Source: Tetramitus jugosus
Taxonomy: Eukaryota; Protista; Heterolobosea
DNA: 64,000 bases
Direction: 5' to 3'
Assembly (NCBI GenBank): GCA_937625935.1
Contig: OW569395.1
Span: 124,001 to 188,000 of the forward strand
The notes under the pieces are model-generated. The model did no database searches, was not told the DNA's origin, and saw only the letters and a program-made list of their open reading frames with translations. A program made the position numbers and the translations under genes. Shown piece after piece: positions 46,818 through 58,594 of this stretch (position 1 is the first letter of the stretch; every line of letters begins with the position of its first letter).

Positions 46818-47867
46818 AGTTGGTATTTCAGTAAATGATTTCTCTCATAAGCAGAGCACACAATAGTCCTTCCATTCTTGCACAACTGTACTCCTGTCAT
46901 GATTGAATCTTTGATTCTATGTGAATCCAAGAGCTCCGCTTTGTTATCATTGATATCCCACATCAGCACATGACAATCCTCTGATGCAGTTACTACCAAA
47001 TTAGTACTTGGATTGACATCCATAGCATGAATCCATCGACAATGAGCTTGCAATTCCAATCGAAGTTGCCCAGAGCTAAGTTCAAACACTCTCACATGAC
47101 CACTCCCGTATGCCACGTACAACAAATCGTTGATAGCTTTGAGGCACGAGATCGCGTCCTTTATATTGGGGGCATTGGCGTCAAATATGATTGCCTCAAT
47201 AGCGTGAGAAAGAATCAATTGGATTTGAGTGCCATCATAGTTCCAAATGTTCATGCACCCTTTGATGTCTGCCGAAATGACTATCATCTGATGATCTTGA
47301 GTCTGATGTCCAACCATTTCCACTATTGTTGAATGAGCAGTCGAGACTTGTTTCTTCCAAGAGATATTGTAGTTAGACTCCACATGGAATATGGCCACGT
47401 CTCCAGTGCTTGTTCCGACGAAAATACATCGATTGTTCGTTGATGACCCTTCACAATAAGCAATGCTTGAATATCTCGCACCTAAAGATCAATGTTAGTT
47501 TATCACCAATTATTGGTTGAATATTGGAGGTAGAGACAAACACACCATTCTCCTGTAATGGATGGAAATACAGATTTGAAAAACTTGTTGGGTGCACAAA
47601 ATGCAATCCTTGAGCATCAGCAATCACCATGATACTTCCTTGAGAGAACTGACACAACTTGGCACAGTTGATATCAGGGAAAGATGTTTCACACACAACA
47701 GAGTAAGATTCAGGCTTACTATTGCTATTATCGAACACACTGGACTTGATAAGGATTATCTTGTCTCGATGAATGTAGTACAGATGGCCACTGGCTATGT
47801 CATATTGCAAGTTGTTGTCGATCAAGGAAGGAGACAAAGACAATTGAATCGAGTGATCAATATTCAT
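46814..47867 (-). CDS. WD40 protein, WDR54-like (one intron near 47482-47545)
   Basis: LSPSLIDNNL N-terminus, VAYGSGHVRVF, ELQAHCRWIHAMD, ASEDCHVLMW. Confidence 0.7.
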
Positions 47868-47990
47868 CGTTTGGACGTGTTGTCTTTCAAGTGAGACAAA
47901 ATTAAGAAACAACAATTCCACTCTTCAAGTAGTCGCCGTAGTTGTCAGTTGACGTGAGCTGTCGAGATAAAAGTAATACCACAATTGCAA

Positions 47991-50339
47991 TTAGACAAAA
48001 TGGTCCTGTATTACTACAAAATTTTTGTAACACTGAGGATCGAAAGAGTCAAAAAAGACATCTTCTTCGTTGTCCGATAAATGAGTAAATGTTTGTTCCG
48101 TGACATCTTCAATCGATTCACTCTCGCTGTCCTCTCCAGTTATCCTGACTGTAGTTGTCGAGTTGTGTGAGCCGTGATCCACTGCACTTGTCGAAGCAGC
48201 CACAGTTGCAGCATTCATTGTTTCATTGACTGCTGGTGCTGATGTAGCCGTTGCTTCGTCATCAATCACATTCAAAACATTGTTGTTTGTCAGTGTTTTG
48301 TCAGCAGCTTCTCTTATAATGTCCTTTTTCGATTTGCTGTTACGCTTGTGTTTCGATGGATACTGTTGAGCAATGGGAATCGGTTGACTCGGTCTTCGTA
48401 TCCGACTCCAGTCTCTCACCGCACCACTCGTATCCTGTTGTTGCTTATTCTCACTCTCAGCACTACCACTGATGCTGCTGCCACTACTTATGGCTTTACT
48501 CTTATTTACATGATTGGAAGGAGGAGCCACCTTTTCTTCTTGTTCTTCCTCTGCGTCATACGCGCCCTCATCGCTATCCGCGGTATTTTTGCCCTTTGCA
48601 CGATCACTAGTGGCAGAATGATGTTGATGATGTTGGGTGTTTGCATTTGTATGATATCCATATTGAGCATCATCCGATAGCAGCACTGATGCATTCAGAG
48701 CAATTGGAGATACAGGCGACGCGATTTTGGTTCCAGTTTCTGCCAATTTAGTGCTAATTGTGCTGGAAACTGATGTACCACTCGCACAATAATCAGTGCT
48801 TGCATCCGAAAGCACTCCTTGTTCTTCCACTGCTGTTATGACTCCTGTTCTTGATACTTGATTACTGTCATTACCAGTACTAGTCGCAATAGCAGGAGTG
48901 GAAGAGGAAGCTGGTGGTGGATTGTAGGAACCAGTTCGAACATGCAATCGATAACGAGGAGCAGCCGTTGGTACTCTCAGAGTATTCGTATTCGTATTTG
49001 CTGCATGATTCGTACTTGTACCAGCAATTCCATTACCATTCGTCGACTTTGTCGAAAATTGGTTCATGAGCTCAGCTGAAACCATGGCAGCAGAATCCAA
49101 TGAGAGAGACAATCGATGATGATTGGTCTTTGAAGGAGAATCAATCATCATTTGTTGTGATTGATCATCATCATCATCGTCATCAATGGATTGAGATGAT
49201 TCATGGTTTCCTCCTCGATGACGAGATCTTCTTTCTCTCTTCCTCCTTGGAGTAGCAACAAGTGAATTGGGATCAGAAGCTGACCAGTCTTCAATCACAT
49301 TGCGCACCTTTTTGGACGATGATTCACAGTGCATGGCCAACAATCGAATCATCATTTGAATGGATGACATGATGGCAAATGATTTGACTTGAACGTAAAT
49401 CGTACTGCTCGACGTCAGAGTCAAATGATACGTTACGGATTGCTTTGCAGAGACCCACACTCGTTTTGTGAAAATTTCACGATGATAACGATGAGTTGGA
49501 TCATGTTCAATCACAGTGATGAGTGCACTGAGAGCAGACGTGTTCAAAGTGGCTGGAGCATCATTGCATACCATGAGCTTAAACAACTGAGTGTTTTGAA
49601 TGGTTGGTTGCAGAGGTATCGTATGAGAAAAGGTGTATTTGGTGAGTGATTGGATCGTGTGGATACAACGCCATTGGAGAGTAATGTTGGGTGAGATGAA
49701 CAATTGTTCTTGTTCTTCGTGATAAATGGCTTCATCGAGTGGTCGACGCAAATCATCAATTTGCTTCATTTGGATGGCATGATGATGATGAGATCGTGTG
49801 GAATTTGTAGTTGTAGCTCTAGGTGTTTTAGATGATGAGGATGATGAGGAGGAGGATGATGGTAATGAAGAGTGTTTGCTAGAGATGATGGAGCTCACAG
49901 AGCTACAATCATCATCATCATCATCACCATCATGAGCGCTCCATGTTGTATGGTGGAGCACATCCCTTGTTGAGGATTTTTTGAGTCGCCGCCGTCGCGT
50001 CTTTTTCTCAAACCCCGTCGGATGCTCCTGCAGTGATCGTAGCGGCGTCGAAGACGTTGCAATCCGATTCTCCGCACCGCCAAAGCTACGATCAGAGGAG
50101 GGAGAATGCGAATGAAAACGAGAAGTTTTCTTGGAGAGTGCTTCGAATGACTCACCAGTCATTCGTATCGAATTTCCCAACAATGGTCCAAACGTTGACA
50201 CTGCTGGCTCAATCATCCTATGAGTCTCATTGGTGAGTTGATTGACAAAATCACTTGGATCGAAACCAGAGGAAGATGATGATGAGGAAGCAGAACGTTT
50301 GTGATGATGACGAACGGGTGATTGAGGTAAACGAAACAT
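47991..50339 (-). CDS. Hypothetical low-complexity S/T/H/D-rich protein
   Basis: 782-aa ORF with one short globular-looking central segment; no family recognised. Confidence 0.7.
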   Translation of the reverse strand: MFRLPQSPVRHHHKRSASSSSSSSGFDPSDFVNQLTNETHRMIEPAVSTFGPLLGNSIRMTGESFEALSKKTSRFHSHSPSSDRSFGGAENRIATSSTPLRSLQEHPTGFEKKTRRRRLKKSSTRDVLHHTTWSAHDGDDDDDDCSSVSSIISSKHSSLPSSSSSSSSSSKTPRATTTNSTRSHHHHAIQMKQIDDLRRPLDEAIYHEEQEQLFISPNITLQWRCIHTIQSLTKYTFSHTIPLQPTIQNTQLFKLMVCNDAPATLNTSALSALITVIEHDPTHRYHREIFTKRVWVSAKQSVTYHLTLTSSSTIYVQVKSFAIMSSIQMMIRLLAMHCESSSKKVRNVIEDWSASDPNSLVATPRRKRERRSRHRGGNHESSQSIDDDDDDDQSQQMMIDSPSKTNHHRLSLSLDSAAMVSAELMNQFSTKSTNGNGIAGTSTNHAANTNTNTLRVPTAAPRYRLHVRTGSYNPPPASSSTPAIATSTGNDSNQVSRTGVITAVEEQGVLSDASTDYCASGTSVSSTISTKLAETGTKIASPVSPIALNASVLLSDDAQYGYHTNANTQHHQHHSATSDRAKGKNTADSDEGAYDAEEEQEEKVAPPSNHVNKSKAISSGSSISGSAESENKQQQDTSGAVRDWSRIRRPSQPIPIAQQYPSKHKRNSKSKKDIIREAADKTLTNNNVLNVIDDEATATSAPAVNETMNAATVAASTSAVDHGSHNSTTTVRITGEDSESESIEDVTEQTFTHLSDNEEDVFFDSFDPQCYKNFVVIQDHFV

Positions 50340-50804
50340 GTATATACTATTGGTTCAGTTGATGATCAAAAAAAGTAGTGTGACCTCTAGAATTGGAAGT
50401 GTCTAAATAGTTTTGAAAGTCGTAGGTAGCGGTTCGTGGTTGTCGGAGTTGTTAACAGTTCATTGGTCTTCCTCTCGGTCCTTGGTTTTTGGTGGTGGAT
50501 GTTTGTCGTTGTTGAAAAAGGTGTAGAGCGTGTTGGTGATCTTGCCCGTTGTTGTTTTCTCCCAGTTGGATTGCGCAATTGTGTGCTGTTTCTTGACGTT
50601 TCATGTCCGGTGGAAATGTCGTGTCGCTTTTTTCGCCATTTTATTTTTTTTAGAGTGCGATTCGGCAGGGATCGTTGTGAAGGAAGTCCTTCAAATTTGG
50701 ATGTGATTCTAGAATACTTTCGCTCTAACCACTTGTTGGAAGAGTGAACGTTAGCTCAGGAATTGTTGGTAGTTTAATGAATGTTAATACTGACAGCACA
50801 CCGT

Positions 50805-52736
50805 TCAGCAGAACAAGGAATTGTCCATCTTTCTAATTTGTTTTCTGAATACGTACACAATGGCGTTCATCAAACCTCTCAGAGGAGAGAACATGTGATG
50901 AATGGCCATGAGTATCTGACCTGGACCATTGAGAGAATCACTAAACCTGCTGAAACCATAGCGAGCCACTCTCACAGTGAACAAAATGTCTTCATAGGAT
51001 CGATAGATGATCACCCAAATACCAAACAATGCAAACGGTAATGAATAAAAGCTCAATTGTCTAAACAATCTCCTCTCCTCTTGTCTTTTCCGAATGGCGT
51101 TTGGACTCGTGTTCAACAATGCTGAAATATCACTCAACATTTTTTGAGTGCATCTAAAGATTTTGATACGAACGACAGCGGTACAAATTTCAAGTGTCGC
51201 GTACAGTGCACTCTTGATCAGATCAGGTATCACATTCACTAAAAAGAGTTCCTTTCCAGTCGTCTTCTTACCCAATAAATACTTTTCCTCCAAAATGATA
51301 CACAGAACGCAAATAATCAGAGGAACGCCCCATGCAACCGCTGCATATGTGAGTTTTGTCCGTGCAGTGTTCATGTACAGTCCAAATCCAGATGATCCTC
51401 TCTTTTTCCTGTTCGAGTTGCTCAGTCGCTTCCTAGTATCATTCTTATGAGAAGCTGCAGGTCGGTTCTTACTCGGTTTCACAAGATTTGTCGTCTTCTT
51501 GAACAGTCCAAGTGCACCACTCGTCGTCGACGAGCTGTGTCTCGTCGATGCAGTCGTCGGTGCCACAACAAGTCCACTCTTTTGATTATACACGATCGAG
51601 TTTGAATGACTGGGTGTCGTTGGAGTTGCGGTCGACGTATAAACAATGGAATTGTGTTGTTGTTGATCAGGTGCAAAACTACCATATTGATACGAATGAA
51701 TGTCACTACCACCACTATATTGATGATGATGATGATGATGTGGATTGTTACCACCAACACCACCATTGTAGTACAATCCATCACTACCATTCCCACTGCT
51801 CACTCCACTGTCATTATACAGATCAGAGTCTTCATCCAAATCGTCACTTTCATCATCATCAAAATCACTTGCTCCTCTGCTGGCACGACGACGCTGTCCC
51901 CCAACAGTATTTGACGCACCAATCATCATATCATCATCATCATCGTCGTCATCATCTTCACCATCACTGAACTGACTAGCAGTGTTAATGATGCTCTCGT
52001 GATGTTCATTGATGCTCTTGACTGTTTGATAAATGCTCGTTGCAATAAACAAGCTCCAAATACCACTCGCAATCACAAACATTTCTGTAAACTCTGCCGT
52101 TACAATGCTTGACCTGTGCATGGCCGTCGAAGTGCGCCAAGAGGAAAAAAAACTGCTATTTACAGAATTTTGTGGAAGTGATGAGGAAGCAGCAGGGGCA
52201 TTGGATGACGTAGAAAAGGTGTCAATGAGACGAATGAGATTGGTTGGAAAGTACAGTGCTTCCATCAACAAATCTGAACATATCATGCAAAAAATGGCAA
52301 ACTGAGTCAAATCAGTAAATTGCTGTTGTTGTTGCTGTTGAGGCACATGATTGCTACTGTTATTGTTGTTGTTGTTGTTGATATTGTTGTCATAGTATGG
52401 CTGTTGTTGCTGCTGCTGTTGTTGTTGATCATAAGCTAATAAGCTTCCTGTGCTACTCGTGCTTGTTGCGCTCATGGTATTAATGGGCGGGGAAGCACCC
52501 ACGGAGTTTCTTTTGGCGCCCTTTCGTTTCTTATTTCTCCGATACAATAGAGATAAAATAACGAATAGAGTACAACAGAAAGAAATGCCAATAAAGGTGA
52601 CCGAGATGATGTTACTCACCTTGTCGAGTGTAACGTAAGCTTTTTCGCTATCTTCGATGGGTTTAGAGATAGGTACACTACTATATGTCTGCCACAACAA
52701 ACTTGCACGGTTTGATATGTTGTTCATCATTGTCAT
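50805..52736 (-). CDS. cAMP-receptor-like/GCR1-type 7TM GPCR with long low-complexity loops
   Basis: ICSDLL, SGIWSLFIA, YAAVAWGVPL, QLSFYSLPF, SPLRGLMNAIVY. Confidence 0.78.
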   Translation of the reverse strand: MTMMNNISNRASLLWQTYSSVPISKPIEDSEKAYVTLDKVSNIISVTFIGISFCCTLFVILSLLYRRNKKRKGAKRNSVGASPPINTMSATSTSSTGSLLAYDQQQQQQQQQPYYDNNINNNNNNNSSNHVPQQQQQQQFTDLTQFAIFCMICSDLLMEALYFPTNLIRLIDTFSTSSNAPAASSSLPQNSVNSSFFSSWRTSTAMHRSSIVTAEFTEMFVIASGIWSLFIATSIYQTVKSINEHHESIINTASQFSDGEDDDDDDDDDMMIGASNTVGGQRRRASRGASDFDDDESDDLDEDSDLYNDSGVSSGNGSDGLYYNGGVGGNNPHHHHHHQYSGGSDIHSYQYGSFAPDQQQHNSIVYTSTATPTTPSHSNSIVYNQKSGLVVAPTTASTRHSSSTTSGALGLFKKTTNLVKPSKNRPAASHKNDTRKRLSNSNRKKRGSSGFGLYMNTARTKLTYAAVAWGVPLIICVLCIILEEKYLLGKKTTGKELFLVNVIPDLIKSALYATLEICTAVVRIKIFRCTQKMLSDISALLNTSPNAIRKRQEERRLFRQLSFYSLPFALFGIWVIIYRSYEDILFTVRVARYGFSRFSDSLNGPGQILMAIHHMFSPLRGLMNAIVYVFRKQIRKMDNSLFC

Positions 52737-53032
52737 ATCAAAAAATGAAATGTCTGTTTTTGTTTTCGCGTAAATGGGTTTTGGCAGAGGTTTGGGGGTG
52801 TCTGTTGCGTGTTTCAATTGAGCTTTTTTTGCGGCCGAAATTCGTGTTGGAGTGTAATCTTTCCATTTGTAATTTTCCGATCGCCTGCTTTTGGAAATGA
52901 ACCACAAGGCCCCGCAACTGTAGATAGGGGTTGGGATAGCCTGGAAAGGTGAAAAATTTTTGAATGTTTATTGTGTGAGAGCGACAAGGGTTAACCGAGA
53001 ACCATTCAGTTGGTCAACCACTCCGTATTCTC

Positions 53033-55453
53033 TTAGTTTTGGTGGGTATAATTGTTAATGTGCATCGAGTTGGTTGATATGTTAAGTGTGGTGGATGGTG
53101 GAGGTGACATGATGTGAGGAGATTTCGTCGGAATACCACCAGCATTGAAACTTCGCATATTATTGTTGGGTACTTGCTCTAACATTGAGTAGTCGTCAAT
53201 GTTGAAACTATTGTTGGCCGAGAGAGGTTGTCGATGGGAGGAGATGTGATGGCTCTCCAAGAACGATGTCAATTCGTTCAAATTGTCATGTTGCTCATGT
53301 GTGTCAGCCTGCTCCGAGTATTGCTGTTGCTGTTCGAGTAGTTGCTGTCTCAATTGTTGTTGCTTTTGTTGTTGCTTCTGCAATTGATCCAACAATTGTT
53401 GCATTTGAATTTGTTGCATTTGATGCTGGTTCTCCATGTCAGTCATCTCAGCCAGAGACATCTTCTTGAAATCGGGGATCAGTTTGGCAAGAATCTTTCG
53501 TCTGATTTGTGGAATGTTCAAGAATCCCGAGATCATTTGCTCAATGACAACCTCACCATCATTGTGAGCTTGGCCAAAGAACATAATGTTTTGTCTTGCT
53601 TCATCCATTCTCCAATTATTTAAAATGTTTGTAAACTTGTCCACCAATTGCTTCTCTCGTTGTTCCCAGGTCATACCATTTCTCTTCTCTGGTTCTGTTG
53701 CTTGCGCGAGTCGTTGACTTTGATTCTGATTGGATGTCACAGCGTTCTGTAATTCATTACGCAATGCAGCTACTTCTCTTTCAAGATCAACATTCCGTGC
53801 CAGCAACCTAAATTTTTCGTTCTCAATGAGGGAAATCTTCTTTTGCAAGTTACCAGATAGTACCTTAAAGTCAACCACTTCATTGATAACAGCATGATTC
53901 TTCACTGCCATTGCACGTGTGGCAAATGTCAACGTTGAATAGCTCTCATCATAATTCCATACGGCGGGTCCAATTGTAGCCACGAGACATGTTTTGGCGT
54001 TACCTCCCAATGAGTCAGTCAAGAGGCGAGTCAGTTTGGAATCTCTGAATGGAACATGAGTCATACTGTCATCCGTCAGCGCAGACACGCAATTACCTAG
54101 AGCACTCAAGCTCTTATTAATCTTCTTTGCTTCTTCTAGTCTTTGACCTTCGGATCCACTCTTTGCAACTCTTTCACTACCTGCCAAATCGACAATTGTG
54201 AGTGTTCCTCTCTTGACAGAGGCTTCACTCTTTCGGCAGTCGAGACTATCATACGGTTTTTGTTCGACAGTGATACTGAGTATGACATGAGATCTGCTGG
54301 ATAATTTGTTCATGTTGGTGGAGCTGACAGCTCTGTTCTGTGCTCCTTCGCGAATCAATTGAAAAATTTCTTGTGGCTCGTTCACTTGTATCTGAGTTAA
54401 ATTATCGACATAGATTCCTAGTTTTGGATCTTCTCTGATATTTAGATTATTCTTCGTTGCATCCAACAAGTCCATTATTGTTTCCATGTAGATTTGACAA
54501 AATGAAACAGTAACTCTGAACTCTGTATCATCAGAATGATCCCTAATGTGTTCAAACAGTTGATGAACCGCTCTTGGTATCACACCATTGTGTTGTTCAA
54601 GTGTCCAATGACCATCATCGCTCGTCATGATTGGTCTTTCAGCCATCTTCTTTCTATTGTCATTTTCCCAGTTGCCTGGACCAAAGATGGTAAAAGTTTT
54701 GCCTGAACCGGTTTGGCCATAGGACAGAATGGTTCCATTGTACCCCAGTAGGACATCATTAACAACTGATTTTCCAACAATATTGTACATTTCCTCTTGA
54801 CTCGACGTCTGATCGAGTACCTTGTCAAAATTGAAACTGCGATCTTCATATGCCTGTCGAGACAGTATGACTTGAGTTTCATCGTCACTAACAGTTGTGC
54901 AGTCAATAAAATCTCCATAGTAGTTTTGTTTTGAGTCCTCTGCGATTGGTGGCCTAATTCTAACGACAACTTTAACTCGATTGATATGGCTCGAGTTTTT
55001 TCCATGCGAGCTAGTCCTTGATTGAACAGATTGCGAACTAGCCGTTCGTTTAAGTTGGACTTGTTGACTAATTGAGCTCTGCATGTTCGTAATTGACTGA
55101 GAAGTATTATCAGAAATGTATGGCGTGTTTTGTATTTGTTGTAAGGGTTGCTGAGAGTTGGCAGTTGACTGAGTTTTTCTAATATTGGTAAAGCCTTGAG
55201 AGGTGAGGTTCGTCTGCTGTGATTTGGTTGGTTGCTGTTGTTGTTGATAGTGTTGCTGCAACATTCGTTGGTACACTTGTTGTTGAGATTGTTCGTCCAG
55301 GTAGTACTGTGGTACTCCTTGTTGAGCGAGATATGGATTGGCTTGTGGTTGCGAACTGGTTGTACCTCTGCTCGTAGGCTGAGTATTTTGACTCATCATG
55401 GATTGGTAGTACCCGATAGAGCTGTTTGTTGCGTTATCTCCACGTGTACTCAT
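53033..55453 (-). CDS. Kinesin motor protein
   Basis: YGQTGSGKT, SSRSH, VDLAGSE, HVPFRDSKLTRLL. Confidence 0.96.
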   Translation of the reverse strand: MSTRGDNATNSSIGYYQSMMSQNTQPTSRGTTSSQPQANPYLAQQGVPQYYLDEQSQQQVYQRMLQQHYQQQQQPTKSQQTNLTSQGFTNIRKTQSTANSQQPLQQIQNTPYISDNTSQSITNMQSSISQQVQLKRTASSQSVQSRTSSHGKNSSHINRVKVVVRIRPPIAEDSKQNYYGDFIDCTTVSDDETQVILSRQAYEDRSFNFDKVLDQTSSQEEMYNIVGKSVVNDVLLGYNGTILSYGQTGSGKTFTIFGPGNWENDNRKKMAERPIMTSDDGHWTLEQHNGVIPRAVHQLFEHIRDHSDDTEFRVTVSFCQIYMETIMDLLDATKNNLNIREDPKLGIYVDNLTQIQVNEPQEIFQLIREGAQNRAVSSTNMNKLSSRSHVILSITVEQKPYDSLDCRKSEASVKRGTLTIVDLAGSERVAKSGSEGQRLEEAKKINKSLSALGNCVSALTDDSMTHVPFRDSKLTRLLTDSLGGNAKTCLVATIGPAVWNYDESYSTLTFATRAMAVKNHAVINEVVDFKVLSGNLQKKISLIENEKFRLLARNVDLEREVAALRNELQNAVTSNQNQSQRLAQATEPEKRNGMTWEQREKQLVDKFTNILNNWRMDEARQNIMFFGQAHNDGEVVIEQMISGFLNIPQIRRKILAKLIPDFKKMSLAEMTDMENQHQMQQIQMQQLLDQLQKQQQKQQQLRQQLLEQQQQYSEQADTHEQHDNLNELTSFLESHHISSHRQPLSANNSFNIDDYSMLEQVPNNNMRSFNAGGIPTKSPHIMSPPPSTTLNISTNSMHINNYTHQN

Positions 55454-55663
55454 ATTGTCTATGAAAGGGCTATCTATTCCTGCTACAGAACCGTTTTATA
55501 TGCTGTGATATTCGAAATGCAGAGCCAGAAACGTTAGATCTTAACGACCGAATATTTTCTGGATTTGTACAGAGACGTTACATCCATTTTGGCGCGCTTC
55601 TCCAAGTCGTTACAGCATGAACAGTTGACACTTGTCATTAATTCGTCTAGCGAGAGAAATAAT

Positions 55664-57709
55664 TTATAGTTTTTCTGTTATGGTGGTACGATCAGTAAGC
55701 GTGTCAAAAACGGAGAAGGTTTCAGCATCATATTCTGTTTGCTGATCTAGTTGATCTGTAACAGGCGAAATGACATGATCGACTTCGTTTCGCACAGATG
55801 CTTCTATGTCATCACTATCCATGGTTCTCTTCCAAACGATGACAACACCTGACGTGTCACCAGATGCAAGAAACAATTCATCATAACTCCATGAAACATC
55901 AACAACGGGAGCAGTGTGGCCAAGTACTTTCTGGACTGAGTCATTCTCTGCACTCTCCACATCAAACAAATACACTTCGGAAGCTTCGGAGCCAGATGCA
56001 AAGTAAGCACCCGAACCGTATGCGAGGAGCGGTGAGAACATGCTCCGAACATTGTTCTTTTGGTGTGGGATCGAGAAACTTTTCACAAACTCAAACTGGA
56101 ACATCTTGGCAGCTGTCACTCGATATAAATGTACATTGTTGTCGCACGCATTGACAATCAAACATGGATTAATCTGCTTCGATTGAGTCGTGTATTGCGA
56201 GTAGTGCAAACTTGTCACTCTCTGACCACTCTCTGACACCTTCTTGTACGCCAATGGTTTCTTCTTGATGAGTGCATTGACAGGATCCCATTCGAGCACA
56301 GTTACAAAACCTTTTGCATCACCGACAAACAACATGTCAGCATGCGTCGAGAAGCACATACATGTCACACCATTGCGACCACCCACCGTGCCAATGTTGT
56401 CCTTGAAATCCGAATAATTAAATCCATGAATCGCTCCTCCAATCTTTTGTACAGAGGTCGATGTTTTCATAGCAACCTTGTTCGGAACTACAGGCTTACC
56501 CGTACTCAAATTGTACAGTGTCACTGTCGAGTCGCTAGCCGGATTCTGTTGCAACAATTTTCTCTTTTGTAACGTGTCAAAACCAACGAGAAACAAGTTG
56601 TTATTGAACGGATGGAAAGCCACACTTGTCGGCACACTCTGATCCTGAATTACACGCAAACACTTGGGACTCGATACATTACCAACGCTCCACACACGAA
56701 TCGTACAATCCTTTGCCACAGACAACAAATAATCATTGTTTGTTGACCAGGCAATATCCAACACGCAACCCTCATGTCCATTCAACTCACACAATATTCC
56801 CTTATCACTCAACACACTCGCAATCGATATACAACCATCCAATGATGCAAAAGCCAACAAATTCGAATCATTATTCGCAAAACTCACGCGCGTAATTTGC
56901 GTTGTCCAAGGATTTCCTCTCATGAATGATTGATACATGTTTTGATAACGACGTCGCATCAATTGCGCACTATCACCGCCACTCTTCTTTTCACTAGCAC
57001 CACCGCCACCACCACCACCACCACCATTAGTCTTCCATTTTTGTGATGATGCATTCGTCCAATTCGATCGACTCGCTGTTGTCGAGATGGAACTAGTCGA
57101 ACCACCACCGCTGCTCAAATCATCTCTCTCTGCAGAATTGGGTTCATATGAGTGTCCCATCATCATCATTGATGATTCATCATCAATCACACCACTACCA
57201 CCATTGTTACTTGAATTCAAAGCAGCATTCTTTCGTCTCAATGTACGCATCTCCATCAAATGCAACAATTCTTGAGGAGAGAGTTGAACCTTGTGCATGA
57301 ATCCTGTTTTTCTCTTTTGTTGCAACAGAAATGATCTCCATTCCAAGTATTCATCATCATTACCATCATCATCATCATCACTCTTCTCCACATTTTCATG
57401 ATTCTTATTCTGATTGTTCTGATTGTTGTTGTTATGATTTGTTGTTGAATGATTTTGTTCATCAGTTGATGATGGAGAAGGTGATGATTGTTTGAGTCGT
57501 TTATTGTTGCGTGCCATCAACTCTTCTCTCAATAAAAAATAACGTTTGGGTCGGAAACTGGCTTCTCGTCTATCAATCATTTCAATGCGTTTTTGAAGTG
57601 ATGATGATGATGATTCATCTGGTGGGGATGGTGGTGATGGTGTAATGGCACTGGTAGGAAGTGACGATACTGAGGAGGAGGAGGACGAGGAAGTGGAGGA
57701 TTGACTCAT
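55664..57709 (-). CDS. WD40 protein, WDR13-like
   Basis: VSFANNDSNLLAFASLDG, LIVNACDN, VRSMFSPL, GSEASEVYLFD, LGHTAPVVDVSWSYDE..ASGDTSGVVIVWKR. Confidence 0.8.
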   Translation of the reverse strand: MSQSSTSSSSSSSVSSLPTSAITPSPPSPPDESSSSSLQKRIEMIDRREASFRPKRYFLLREELMARNNKRLKQSSPSPSSTDEQNHSTTNHNNNNQNNQNKNHENVEKSDDDDDGNDDEYLEWRSFLLQQKRKTGFMHKVQLSPQELLHLMEMRTLRRKNAALNSSNNGGSGVIDDESSMMMMGHSYEPNSAERDDLSSGGGSTSSISTTASRSNWTNASSQKWKTNGGGGGGGGGASEKKSGGDSAQLMRRRYQNMYQSFMRGNPWTTQITRVSFANNDSNLLAFASLDGCISIASVLSDKGILCELNGHEGCVLDIAWSTNNDYLLSVAKDCTIRVWSVGNVSSPKCLRVIQDQSVPTSVAFHPFNNNLFLVGFDTLQKRKLLQQNPASDSTVTLYNLSTGKPVVPNKVAMKTSTSVQKIGGAIHGFNYSDFKDNIGTVGGRNGVTCMCFSTHADMLFVGDAKGFVTVLEWDPVNALIKKKPLAYKKVSESGQRVTSLHYSQYTTQSKQINPCLIVNACDNNVHLYRVTAAKMFQFEFVKSFSIPHQKNNVRSMFSPLLAYGSGAYFASGSEASEVYLFDVESAENDSVQKVLGHTAPVVDVSWSYDELFLASGDTSGVVIVWKRTMDSDDIEASVRNEVDHVISPVTDQLDQQTEYDAETFSVFDTLTDRTTITEKL

Positions 57710-57928
57710 GATTTGGAGCTTATTGGTTGGTGGTTTTTGATTCGAGTGCTTCTTATTGGTGGATGTTTTTTCAACACCCGCCAAAAAAACTTCCGCTGTT
57801 TCCAAAAAAAAGCACTCGAATCAAAAACTCGCGCCTGCATTCTATCTACAGCTTCCTATAAAAACGAGAAGTTCTTGTTCTTCACACAAGAACTTTCTTT
57901 GAACAAAAACAACAACAATAATCAAATA

Positions 57929-58594
57929 ATGATCTTCAAGGCCACAGGTAGAACCTCTGGTAAAATAGCTAGCTTCAAGTCCGTGGCATTCCTTCAGCAG
58001 GACGACCCTACTGTTTTTTATGAAGTAGAGGACGATATACACTCTCCTAGTTCTTTGCTCCAGAGCTTTGAAGAATTCCACCTATTCATTAAAGGATCAA
58101 AAACAGAGACAAATGCTGAAGCAGAAGAATTGCGTGCTGCCCTAGAGAAAGCAGAAGAAGAAAAAGAGAAGGCTCTACAGAGAGAAAGAGATTCAGAGCT
58201 GAGAAGAAAGAGACTGGAGCAGATCAACATGCTTAATAAACAAGGCTTCAGAGAGGCACAAATGAGAGTCAAAGAACTTGAGCAGATATCCCAAGAGGCA
58301 GAAAAGAGAGTCAAAGAACTTGAGCAGATATCCAAAGAGGCAGAAAAGAGAGTCAAAGAACTTGAGGAGATATCCATAGAGGCTGAAGAGTTCAGCAGAG
58401 AGACCAACAATAGTTTCAAGGAGCTGGAGAAATCATTGAATGTTGCTCAGCGTCACAACAAAGAAAAGGATGAAAAGCTGAACCTCATGCATGACCGATT
58501 GATGAAGATGCAAGAAGATTGCAACTTCTGGAAAAAAGAAAGTTTCGAAGGAAAACCTGTTGAGGGACATCCGCAAAGTATGCACATTTTGTAG
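57929..58594 (+). CDS. Coiled-coil protein with 14-aa tandem repeats (3' end possibly degraded)
   Basis: ATG at 57929; RVKELEQISQEAEK-like unit x3. Confidence 0.55.
   Translation: MIFKATGRTSGKIASFKSVAFLQQDDPTVFYEVEDDIHSPSSLLQSFEEFHLFIKGSKTETNAEAEELRAALEKAEEEKEKALQRERDSELRRKRLEQINMLNKQGFREAQMRVKELEQISQEAEKRVKELEQISKEAEKRVKELEEISIEAEEFSRETNNSFKELEKSLNVAQRHNKEKDEKLNLMHDRLMKMQEDCNFWKKESFEGKPVEGHPQSMHIL
58264..58389 (+). repeat. Coding tandem repeat, 3 x 42 bp
   Basis: Unit GAGAGTCAAAGAACTTGAGCAGATATCC(C/A)AAGAGGCAGAAAA at 58264, 58306 and, more diverged, 58348. Confidence 0.9.
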
